DNA of 64,000 bases. Origin: a bacterium (GTDB lineage Bacteria; Electryoneota; Electryoneia; Electryoneales; Electryoneaceae). The notes below the pieces were generated by a model. It had not been told where the DNA came from, made no database searches, and worked only from the letters and a program-made list of their open reading frames with translations. The translations under genes were made by a program, and so were the position numbers. Positions 10,886 through 19,402 of the stretch are shown one piece after another. The stretch spans positions 3,072,001-3,136,000 of the forward strand of contig CAXXKJ010000002.1 of the NCBI GenBank assembly GCA_963675295.2. Direction: 5' to 3'. Positions within the stretch are counted from its first letter, which is position 1; every line of letters begins with the position of its first letter.

Positions 10886-11476
10886 CTACTCTACCCCATC
10901 CTTCGCGACACCGATCACGCCGCAGGCGACACGTGCGCCCGCCGCGCCGGTCGGCTGGCTGTGGAGGTCATCTTCGCCAGCGTGTACAATGACTCCGCGT
11001 CCGAGAATTGATGTTGGTCCATGGAGGCTCATTTTCGGGTCGATCCAACGGTACTCGGCGTTTCCCTGATCATCTGCGATCAGATTGCCGAGATCACCGA
11101 CATGGCGGGTTTCATCGGCCGGTCCGGCGTGCGGATGGTCCGTCGGGTTGAAATGCCCGCCTGCGGAGGTTCCGTCCGGGGCAGAGCAGTCGCCGAATTC
11201 ATGGATATGGAACCCGTGCTTGCCGGGAGTCAGGCCGGTGACGACGGCTTCCACCAGCACACCGTTTTTCGATTGGGTGAAGGTCACGGTGCCACGGACA
11301 TCATTGCCTTGTGTCGGCTGCAGCACGGCGATGGCTTTCGTCACGTTCATCCCCATTTCGTCGTGCATCGCCATCTTGTGATTCTCGTGCATCTGCGCCC
11401 AGGTTGTCGGCATCAGGGCGAGCAACAGAACGGCGAGAACCGTCAGGGTTACGGTCAGGTTGGCTCGGAATTGCAT
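10886..11476 (-). CDS. sodC: Periplasmic Cu/Zn superoxide dismutase
   Basis: HGFHIHE, CSAPDGTSAGGHFNP, RHVGDLGN, VIVHAGEDD, GARVACG; signal peptide from MQFRANL with GGAGG RBS. Confidence 0.95.
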   Translation of the reverse strand: MQFRANLTVTLTVLAVLLLALMPTTWAQMHENHKMAMHDEMGMNVTKAIAVLQPTQGNDVRGTVTFTQSKNGVLVEAVVTGLTPGKHGFHIHEFGDCSAPDGTSAGGHFNPTDHPHAGPADETRHVGDLGNLIADDQGNAEYRWIDPKMSLHGPTSILGRGVIVHAGEDDLHSQPTGAAGARVACGVIGVAKDGVE

Positions 11477-11724
11477 CGAACTCCTCCTCTCCCCCCGGCG
11501 TGCAGGGCGAACGTTGAATGGCAAGTTGTCTACTGGTTGACGCTCCAGTGAACGGATAAGGCTGGGACAAAGTTCCGGGCCAGTCAGGCATTGAGGAACC
11601 CTCCGGAGGGAGGCACTCCGAGAGAGAACAATCGGTGCCGGGAGATATTGAGCTGGTATCACCTGACGATAGCACCTAGATTCCACCTTTCATCGAATCC
11701 GTGGATTGAGTGTATGAGGGAATC

Positions 11725-12354
11725 ATGACCGCTGAAGACGCACTGAAACGATTGCAGGACGGAAACAAGCGATTCGTCGATCGTTCGCATGAGTACGCCG
11801 GGCTGGACGAAGAGCGGCGCAAGGCGCTGGTCAGCGAGGGACAGAATCCGTTCGCGTGTGTGTTGTCCTGCAGCGATTCACGTGTGCCGAGCGAACACAT
11901 CTTCGACTGCGGGTTCGGCGATTTGTTCATGGTGCGCGTCGCCGGGAATATCGTGCACTCGATTGAAACCGGCAGTGTCGAGTTCGCGGTCTGGGAGCTC
12001 GGTGTCCCGCTGGTCGTGGTGCTGGGGCACAGCCATTGCGGCGCGGTGACAGCAGCGGTGAGCGAGGAGACCGCGTTCGGCGCGGTGCGGTTGATTCTGG
12101 ACCGTGTGCTGCCCTCAGTGCATCAGGCCCAGGCAGAGCATCCGAACGCGGACAAGGAGACGATCCTTAACGAAGCCATCCGCAAAAACGTGTTCAAGTC
12201 GATGGAAGACCTGCTGCTGGGAAGCATGGTGGTGCGACGGTCGGTTCGTGTGAACCGGATGGAACTGCATGGCGCGATCTACGACATCGAGACCGGCACG
12301 GTGGAGTGGCTGGGCGAACATCCCCGGCAACGTGAATGGCTCGAGTTGGGGTGA
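11725..12354 (+). CDS. Beta-class carbonic anhydrase
   Basis: CSDSRV, RVAGN, LGHSHCGAV zinc ligands. Confidence 0.93.
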   Translation: MTAEDALKRLQDGNKRFVDRSHEYAGLDEERRKALVSEGQNPFACVLSCSDSRVPSEHIFDCGFGDLFMVRVAGNIVHSIETGSVEFAVWELGVPLVVVLGHSHCGAVTAAVSEETAFGAVRLILDRVLPSVHQAQAEHPNADKETILNEAIRKNVFKSMEDLLLGSMVVRRSVRVNRMELHGAIYDIETGTVEWLGEHPRQREWLELG

Positions 12355-12856
12355 TGGATCGGGCTCTGGGCTCTAGGCTCTGGGCTCTGGGATACGAGAC
12401 CTCAGACTTCAGACTTGAGACGAGAGAAAAATTTGTGGCCGTGTCTGCTTGCCAGACGCGGCCGTGTTGCTCTTGGATTGTGCGCTGTACGCTGTGTGCT
12501 GTGGACTGAGGACTGAGGACTGAAGACTGAGACCTGAGACCTGAGACCTGAGACCCCGAAAAATATGTAGCCGTGTCTGCTTGTCAGACGCGGCTTCGTT
12601 GCTCTTGGATTGTGCGCTGCGGACTGCGGAGAAGGTAAAGAGTATCATGCTGAACGCGGTGAATGATCCCTGATTGTCAGTTGTCAGCTAAACACCGGGG
12701 GACACTTTGTCCTCAAAGTGTCCCCCGGTTATCCGTTCATCGGGGACACTTACGGGAGTAAGTGTCCCCGATTCTCGTTGTCGTTTCTACTCAGTCGTTT
12801 TACTCACACCTCAAACCTCAAACCTCATACCTTTCCCACTCACATCTCACAACTCA
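12355..12856. repeat. Composite intergenic repeat mosaic between convergent genes
   Basis: (GGGCTCT)4; 61-bp direct repeat at 12427-12487 and 12559-12619 carrying GT(G/A)G hairpins; 11-unit heptamer array 12478-12554; degenerate REP at about 12642-12670; perfect hairpins 12694-12729 and 12739-12772; CTCA-type heptamers at about 12800-12860. Confidence 0.9.
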
Positions 12857-13276
12857 TCACTGCCTTTTTCGATGCTCGATCTTGATGCACTTATCCATTA
12901 CAACACCCAGGCCGGCGTTGCGTGCGATCTCAGCGGCTTCGTCGTTGACAATCCCCAGTTGCAGCCAGAAATAGTTCGCGCCGATTTTCGCGGCGGCTTC
13001 GGCGACGGGGACAACCCGGTCCGGATTTAGGAACACGTCCACCACTTCCACCGGTCCGTCGATGGCTTCCAGGTTCGGGTAGCATTTCCGGCCCAGCACT
13101 TCGGTCGCTTTCGGATGTACCGGCACGACGTCAAAGCCGTGATCGATCAGGTATTTGCCCACCTTGTAGCTGTCCCGGTGTTCCTTGGGGGACAGGCCGA
13201 CGATAGCGATACGGCCCCTGGTGTTGAGGATGTCGTTGATCACGGACGGATCGTTCACGGGGCGTGCTTCAGACAT
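12857..13276 (-). CDS. CoA-binding protein (YccU family)
   Basis: IAIVGLSPKEHRDSY, VVPVHP, WLQLG, VVMDKC. Confidence 0.9.
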   Translation of the reverse strand: MSEARPVNDPSVINDILNTRGRIAIVGLSPKEHRDSYKVGKYLIDHGFDVVPVHPKATEVLGRKCYPNLEAIDGPVEVVDVFLNPDRVVPVAEAAAKIGANYFWLQLGIVNDEAAEIARNAGLGVVMDKCIKIEHRKRQ

Positions 13277-13308
13277 GGGGACTCTCCGGTTGCTTCAGGT
13301 GATATCGT

Positions 13309-13683
13309 TCAGGCAAAACTGAGCCACGACGGGAACAGCAGGTTCAGCAGCGACAGGATGGCGATCAGCAGCATCAGCGCGCCGAAGGATACATTCATCA
13401 GGAATTTCGGGCTCTGCTTCCATTTCCTGTTCGCTTCCTCGAGCTCGACGATCCGTTCCCGCAGGTCCGAGGAGCTCGGTTCGCTGGCTCGCTGCACTCC
13501 TTCCCGTTCAGCCAGTTGAGTACGTTCCAGCCGCAACTTGAGTTCAGTGAGACGGTTGCGCAGCCGTTTCGGTTGACGATAGAGGTAGTCAACCAGCAGG
13601 AACAGGCCAAACGCGAACAACGCGCCGTTGATCGCGGCCAATACGAGGCGCATGATCGTCAAACCGTCTGAACTCATGGACAT
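13309..13683 (-). CDS. Small membrane protein (TM, coiled coil, TM), function unknown
   Basis: Two hydrophobic segments flanking a charged heptad region; co-oriented with the CoA-binding gene; start uncertain (13683 or 13677). Confidence 0.6.
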   Translation of the reverse strand: MSMSSDGLTIMRLVLAAINGALFAFGLFLLVDYLYRQPKRLRNRLTELKLRLERTQLAEREGVQRASEPSSSDLRERIVELEEANRKWKQSPKFLMNVSFGALMLLIAILSLLNLLFPSWLSFA

Positions 13684-13853
13684 TTTCTCGTTGCGTTGAA
13701 TCGTGACTGGGAAATGTAAACTGTCGCGGATTGGTGCGGTTAGACAAGGCCGATCCATACAGCTGCGGAGAGATTGCTCGGGTGCCCGCGTGATCAACCA
13801 TCTTTGCTGTAAGATGAGTCACGAGGGAAGCCCAATACGGGGACGATCCCGAC

Positions 13854-13882
13854 TTGCAAGCAAGTCGGGGCACACACATCTT
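13854..13882 (+). promoter_or_regulatory. Putative sigma70 promoter giving a leaderless mutS2 mRNA
   Basis: TTGCAA-N17-CATCTT-N5-ATG; no SD sequence before the ATG at 13888. Confidence 0.5.
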
Positions 13883-13887
13883 CAGCC

Positions 13888-16419
13888 ATGCCTGCAAACG
13901 ACCTGAAAGAAGCGAAACGCCGTGCTGCCATGGCGGCATTGGATTATGACAAGGTGCTGGACGCCGTCGCTGGACTGTGCCTGACCGGATACGGACGCGA
14001 CCGTGTGCTCGAGCTGTACCCCTCGTTCGAGCCGGATGCGGAGTGGACGCAGCGCGTGGACAGTGTCGAAACGTTGCGGGACGAGTTCGACCGCATCGAG
14101 ACGCTGACCGGCCTGATTGAACGTGACAAGCCGCTCAATTTCGCCGGGGTGCGTGATCTCGGCGACAGCCTGCTTCGCGCGCAAGTACCGGGCAGCCGAC
14201 TGGAAACCGGCGAGCTGCTCGACATCGCGCAGATGCTGACCGCGACCGACCGTCTGCGCGAGCAGATCAACAAGCACGCCGACGAGATGCACGCATTGCA
14301 ACCCTTCGCGGACATTCTGCCTTCCGCCCCGCGTCTGGTCAGCCGCATCGAGAAGATGATCAGCGTCCGCACCGGACTGGTGGTGGACAACGCGACGCCG
14401 GAACTGAACCGTCTCCGTCGCTCGGTCGAGACCTCGATCAGCAACATGCGCAACAAGCTGGATGGTCTGATCCGCAAGCACGGCGACGCCGGTGAACTGG
14501 TCGAGAGCAGCTTCAGCGTGCGAGAGGATCGGTATGTGCTGGCGGTAAAATCCTCGTCCCGGAACCGTGTCCATGGCATCATCCATGGCATGTCGTCCTC
14601 CGGGAATACGGTCTACATCGAACCGAACGAACTGGTCGCGGCGGGCAACGAGATTCGCCGGCTGCAGGAAGAGGAAGCCGAGGAGGTGCGGCGAATCCTG
14701 CGGCTGCTGACCGATGAGGTCCGTGAACACCTGGACGATCTCAAAGACGCCGTGCTCTGTGTCGGCCTGCTCGACAGCCTGCAGGCACGGGCGAAGTTCG
14801 CGGTGCAGGTGGGCGCGATGCGTCCAGCGGTGCGTCCTGGAATGTTGCGATTGGTCGAAGCCCGTCACCCGCTGCTGGTGTTGCGCAAGGGGATTGACGC
14901 GACGGTGCCGTTGACGTTGTACCTCGGCCAGGATCCAGACCAGGAAGTCAATCCGGATGGCGTCGAAGCGCTGGGCCGTGCGTTTGTCATCACCGGTCCC
15001 AACGCCGGCGGAAAAACGGTCCTGCTGAAGACGCTCGGCTTGTGTTCGGCGTTGATCCACGCCGGTATCTGGCCTCCGGCCGGGGATGGAACCGTGGTGC
15101 CGCCATTGGACGAATGGCACGTGATCATCGGGGACGACCAGTCGCTCGAGGGCGATCTGTCGTCGTTTACGGGCCACCTCGAGAAGCTGAAGACGATCAC
15201 CGTCAGCCCGGCGCCGAACAAGCTGGTGCTGGTGGACGAAATCGCCGCCGGCACCGACCCCGCCGAAGGCGGGCCGTTGGCCGAATCGTTCCTCGAGATG
15301 GCGGTGGAACGGGGCTGGTGGACGCTGGTCAGCACGCACATGGGCGAGCTCAAGGCGTTCGCACACAAGACGGACGGTGTCCGCAACGGGTCGATGCAGT
15401 TCAACCGGGAAACCCTCTCCCCCACCTACGTCTTCCAACCCGACCTGCCGGGCTCGAGCTACGCGTTGGAAATCGCCGCGCGTGTCGGCATGCCGAAGAA
15501 AGTGGTCAAGCGTGCACGCACACTCGCCGGTTCCAAACGCGCAAAGCTTGAAGATCTGATCGAGGAGCTGTCGCAGCGGTTGCGTGGTGCGAAGGAACGT
15601 GAGCGTGAGCTCGAGAAATCGCTCGCGTCCGCCAGTGACCGCGACGCGAAGCTGCAGGAAAAGATCGACGCGCTCGAAGCGAAGCGGGACGAACACATCG
15701 CCAGGGCCGCTGCGGAAGCGCAACGCATCCTCGACAACGCCAACCGGACACTCGAGCACACGGTGAAGCAGATCCGAGAGCAGCAGGCGTCCAAGGAGTC
15801 GATTCTCGCCGCGAAGCAGCGCTTCGCCGAGTTGCAGGACTCGGTACAAACCGAGGCGCAGGCCGCCGACGAACGCCGCAAGAAACGCCGGCAGAAACCA
15901 AAGCCGAAGAAGGTGCAAACCGTCGCCGTCAAGAAGCAGAAGCCGGAACCGGTGACGTTGGACGGTCCGTTGGAGATCGGCGACGAGGTTCTCATTGGCG
16001 AGGGCGACGTGCGCGGCACGGTGCTGGCGTTGAAAAAGACGAGCGTGCAGGTCGCAACCGGTTCGATGAAGCTGTGGATGGCGCCGTCCGAATTGCGCAA
16101 GGTCGGCCGTAGCCAGCCGACAGCGCACTCTCGGCTCGAAGTCGGCCTCGGGGACGAGGACAAGGGCCCGATCAGCACGGAACTCAAGTTGATCGGCAAA
16201 CGTGCCGAAGAAGCATCGGCGGAGCTGGAAGCGTACCTGGAAGAGCTCGCGCTGGCGAACCTGCCGTACGCGCGAATCGTGCACGGCAAGGGCACCGGCA
16301 CCCTGCGCGCGATGGTGCAGGAACGGTTGAAGAACAGCCCGCTCGTCGCTGATTACCGTTTCGGCGAACCGGGTGAAGGCGGCGACGGCGTCACGATTGT
16401 GCAGATGACCAAGTCCTGA
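13888..16419 (+). CDS. mutS2: Endonuclease MutS2
   Basis: ITGPNAGGKT Walker A, IGDDQSL..LSSF, LVDEIAAGTDP, STH, coiled coil, C-terminal Smr domain (IVHGKGTGTLR..GGDGVT). Confidence 0.95.
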   Translation: MPANDLKEAKRRAAMAALDYDKVLDAVAGLCLTGYGRDRVLELYPSFEPDAEWTQRVDSVETLRDEFDRIETLTGLIERDKPLNFAGVRDLGDSLLRAQVPGSRLETGELLDIAQMLTATDRLREQINKHADEMHALQPFADILPSAPRLVSRIEKMISVRTGLVVDNATPELNRLRRSVETSISNMRNKLDGLIRKHGDAGELVESSFSVREDRYVLAVKSSSRNRVHGIIHGMSSSGNTVYIEPNELVAAGNEIRRLQEEEAEEVRRILRLLTDEVREHLDDLKDAVLCVGLLDSLQARAKFAVQVGAMRPAVRPGMLRLVEARHPLLVLRKGIDATVPLTLYLGQDPDQEVNPDGVEALGRAFVITGPNAGGKTVLLKTLGLCSALIHAGIWPPAGDGTVVPPLDEWHVIIGDDQSLEGDLSSFTGHLEKLKTITVSPAPNKLVLVDEIAAGTDPAEGGPLAESFLEMAVERGWWTLVSTHMGELKAFAHKTDGVRNGSMQFNRETLSPTYVFQPDLPGSSYALEIAARVGMPKKVVKRARTLAGSKRAKLEDLIEELSQRLRGAKERERELEKSLASASDRDAKLQEKIDALEAKRDEHIARAAAEAQRILDNANRTLEHTVKQIREQQASKESILAAKQRFAELQDSVQTEAQAADERRKKRRQKPKPKKVQTVAVKKQKPEPVTLDGPLEIGDEVLIGEGDVRGTVLALKKTSVQVATGSMKLWMAPSELRKVGRSQPTAHSRLEVGLGDEDKGPISTELKLIGKRAEEASAELEAYLEELALANLPYARIVHGKGTGTLRAMVQERLKNSPLVADYRFGEPGEGGDGVTIVQMTKS

Positions 16420-16515
16420 TCGTCACCGGGGGAACGTGTGCCCGTCTGGCAATCGGGAACACGAACCGTTACCTTGTGCACGTTCTGGCTGTGACATAAA
16501 ACCCGTGTGGGTCCG

Positions 16516-16965
16516 ATGAAGCGTGTTTCCTTAGTCTCGTTGCTGTTACTGATCGCGGTGGCCTTCTCCATGCCATCTGTCGCCCATGCAGACGCCGTCA
16601 AGACGATGTACGACCGCGCCTATGCGCTGTATGAGCAGGGCCAGCTCAGTTCGGCTATCCCGACCTTCCGTGAGATCACGGAGAAGTATCCGAACAGCTC
16701 GCTCGCCGATAACGCGCAGTACTGGATCGGGGAAGCGTATTTCGTGCTCAAGCGCTACGAGCAGGCGATTATCGAGTTCGACAAGACGTTGACCTACCAG
16801 AACACGAACAAGCGTGAGGACGCAGTGTACAAGCTGGCGTCCTGCCACGAGCGGTTGGGCAAAAGCGAAACAGCGTTGGAGTTGTACACCCGTCTGTTGG
16901 CGGAATTCCCGAACACGCGGCACGCATCCTACGTGCTGAAGAAGCTCGACATGCTCGGATCGTAA
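16516..16965 (+). CDS. Exported TPR protein (CpoB/YbgF-like)
   Basis: Signal peptide; YPNSSLADNAQYWIGEAY TPR signature. Confidence 0.8.
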   Translation: MKRVSLVSLLLLIAVAFSMPSVAHADAVKTMYDRAYALYEQGQLSSAIPTFREITEKYPNSSLADNAQYWIGEAYFVLKRYEQAIIEFDKTLTYQNTNKREDAVYKLASCHERLGKSETALELYTRLLAEFPNTRHASYVLKKLDMLGS

Positions 16966-17041
16966 CCGGATCGATCCGCAAATTCACACATCGAACGAAG
17001 AACGACGACGACCACCAAACCATCCCCGAGAACCCCACCCG

Positions 17042-19060
17042 ATGAATCGACTGCTGACCGTGCTGCCCCTGCTGCTAGTATTGTTGTGTGCTCCGTTTGC
17101 GGAGGCCACGCAGCCGATCGAGGAATACACCAACGAGGGGCTGCGTTGGCCGACCGATATCTCCCGCCGGATCACCAGTACGTTTGGCGAGTACCGTGCC
17201 GACCGGTTCCACGCCGGCCTCGACTTCAGCATCAACGGCAGCATCGGCGCTCCGGCCTACGCCATCGACTCCGGGCACATCTCGCGGATCAAGACCACCT
17301 TCAACGGCTACGGCCGGGTCATCTATTTCACCCTCGACAGCGGCGACATCGCGGTGTACGCACACCTCGACCGTTTCGAGGATCGGATTGAAGCGGTTGT
17401 CCGCCAACAGCAGCTGCACCAGGGCCGCTATGAGATCGAATACTGGCCGGGACCGGACGAGCTGCGCTACGAGAAGGGTGATGTGGTCGCCTATTGCGGC
17501 AACACGGGCGCGGGCGCGCCGCACCTGCACTTTGAATTGCGCACTCCGCGGAATGAACCGTACGACCCGGTGATGGCGGGATTTTATTACGACGATTCCT
17601 ACGCGCCGTATGTGCGGCGGGTGGCGATCCGTCCCCTCGACGGCGACAGCGAAGTCGAGGGCCGGATGGAATCGCAAGTGTACGACGTGCGCCAGGGTGT
17701 TGTCGCGCCGGTGCAGTTCTACGGCAAGATCGGGCTCAGCGTGCAGGCGCATGATTTCCAGCAGGGCGGCTGGTCACGGCTGGGCGTGAAGACGTTTGAG
17801 CTGTACCTGGACGACGTCCTGTTGCACAAGACGGTGATGGACACCTTCCAGTACGCGTTCAACCGTCATTCCCGGCTCGAGTTCGACTATGAGCTGCGGC
17901 GTGACGGCTGGAATAAATTTCGCCGCATGTACCCGGTTCCTGGTAACAAGCTGACGCTCTACGATGAGTCGCTCCCCGGCGGAATCATCGACAGCCGCGA
18001 GATCGGCGCCGGCATGCACATGGTTCGCTTCCGTGTCACCGACCATCGCGGGAATGTGGGCGAGGCGACGTGGCCGATTGAGCCATTGCACGAACCGGCG
18101 TTACCCGCCGCATCCACACCGGACAGCCTGCCCGAGTTTGCCTTGTCGGAACGGCATGCCCTGGATCTCGACCTGCGGTTCACGTTGACCGGTACCACCG
18201 CCGAACTGTTCCTGGCCGATTCGGACACGATTGAGGTGGCCCACGCCTATGCGAACAGTCCTGTTTTTATCACGCCCAAGCGGATGGTTCCGTTGCGGCA
18301 GGGCTGGTACACGCGTGCGGCGCTGTCGCTGGACCATTCTGGCATGACACCGGTGACGGTGCTGCTCGAGGACACTGCCGGCGTGGTGTACCAGGTCACT
18401 TTGGACAAGCGGCTGATCCCGTTGCGTGCAGGTGTCAACAGCGATTTCCGGTTGCCGGAGTATGGACTTTCGATGCATTTCAACGGCTACGGGCTGCCGT
18501 GGGACATGGTTGCCGAGCTGACGGTCGACACTACCGAGTCCGGCACCGACGCGCCAGTTTTCACCATCACACCGAACGACTACCCGTTCCTGACGACCTT
18601 CGAGATGACGCTCGATTCTCAGACCGATCCCTACCCGTCGCATGCGGTGATGGTCTACCGTGAACATGACGGACAACGCTGGAACTACCTCAGCAATGAA
18701 CGGGCTGCGGACGGACTGCGCATGATCGCCGATGTGCTCAGCTTCGAAGCGTTCTCGGTTGCACAGGACACGATTCCGCCGGAGTTGTACAACCTGACAC
18801 CGAATGACGGCGCGGCGTTCAAAACGAGAAAGCCGTTGCTGGCGGCACGAATCCGCGACTCGTTCAGCGGGCTCGATATGGCTGAGAGCGGGATCTGGCT
18901 GGATGGCGAAGAGGTCATCTGGGTGTACGATCCGGACGCTGCCCGCATCGAGTACCGGCCGTGGGAATCTCTCCCCGCCGGACGCCACGAGTGGAAGATT
19001 GTCGCCGCAGACAACGCTGGCAATCGTACCGAGTACACCCGGAGTTTCGTGATCGACTGA
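17042..19060 (+). CDS. Exported M23 family metallopeptidase with C-terminal Ig-like domains
   Basis: FGEYRADRFHAGLD, YAHL, GNTGAGAPHLHFE; signal peptide. Confidence 0.88.
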   Translation: MNRLLTVLPLLLVLLCAPFAEATQPIEEYTNEGLRWPTDISRRITSTFGEYRADRFHAGLDFSINGSIGAPAYAIDSGHISRIKTTFNGYGRVIYFTLDSGDIAVYAHLDRFEDRIEAVVRQQQLHQGRYEIEYWPGPDELRYEKGDVVAYCGNTGAGAPHLHFELRTPRNEPYDPVMAGFYYDDSYAPYVRRVAIRPLDGDSEVEGRMESQVYDVRQGVVAPVQFYGKIGLSVQAHDFQQGGWSRLGVKTFELYLDDVLLHKTVMDTFQYAFNRHSRLEFDYELRRDGWNKFRRMYPVPGNKLTLYDESLPGGIIDSREIGAGMHMVRFRVTDHRGNVGEATWPIEPLHEPALPAASTPDSLPEFALSERHALDLDLRFTLTGTTAELFLADSDTIEVAHAYANSPVFITPKRMVPLRQGWYTRAALSLDHSGMTPVTVLLEDTAGVVYQVTLDKRLIPLRAGVNSDFRLPEYGLSMHFNGYGLPWDMVAELTVDTTESGTDAPVFTITPNDYPFLTTFEMTLDSQTDPYPSHAVMVYREHDGQRWNYLSNERAADGLRMIADVLSFEAFSVAQDTIPPELYNLTPNDGAAFKTRKPLLAARIRDSFSGLDMAESGIWLDGEEVIWVYDPDAARIEYRPWESLPAGRHEWKIVAADNAGNRTEYTRSFVID

Positions 19061-19134
19061 GTGTGATTTCGCTCGATCTCTGGTTTTCATTTCCCTGATT
19101 CCCTGACTACCTTCCGAGCTGCATTTTCGCTGGT

Positions 19135-19262
19135 TGTGTCACTCTGATGCCACAGGCGGAAGAGTCTATCCTGTTTACTGGAACGGTACCAGTAACGAAT
19201 TACATGTTCCGCTACTTTGGGTAGATCCTTCCAGTCACGGGCGTGACTGTCAGGATGACACA
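19135..19262. repeat. Inverted pair of TGTCATCCTGA-family REPs (REPIN-like)
   Basis: tgtgtcactctga..gaagagtctatcc (19135-19171) versus the reverse complement of 19220-19262, tgtgtcatcctga..ggaaggatctacc. Confidence 0.7.
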
Positions 19263-19288
19263 TTCGAGATTGCCGCAACAGTGTTTTT

Positions 19289-19393
19289 GTGTTTGGTGTT
19301 TGGTGTTTGGTGTTTGGTGTTTGGTGTTTGGTGTTTGCTCATAGCTCATAGCTCATAGCTCACAACTCAGAGCTCACAGCTCAAGACTCAGGA
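19289..19393. repeat. Two abutting heptamer arrays: (GTGTTTG)7 then (CTCANNN)8
   Basis: Read directly; the last unit CTCAGGA lies 9 nt before the valS GTG. Confidence 0.95.
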
Positions 19394-19402
19394 CAGACTG
19401 CC

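Noticed and set aside
13882-16284. 800-aa minus-strand ORF, and similar long antisense ORFs at 5244-6554, 28167-29609 and 59323-61161
   Set aside because: They mirror well-supported genes; expected from GC-rich codon bias.
19061-19402. T-box riboswitch upstream of valS
   Set aside because: No T-box consensus found; the leader is explained by a REP doublet and heptamer arrays.
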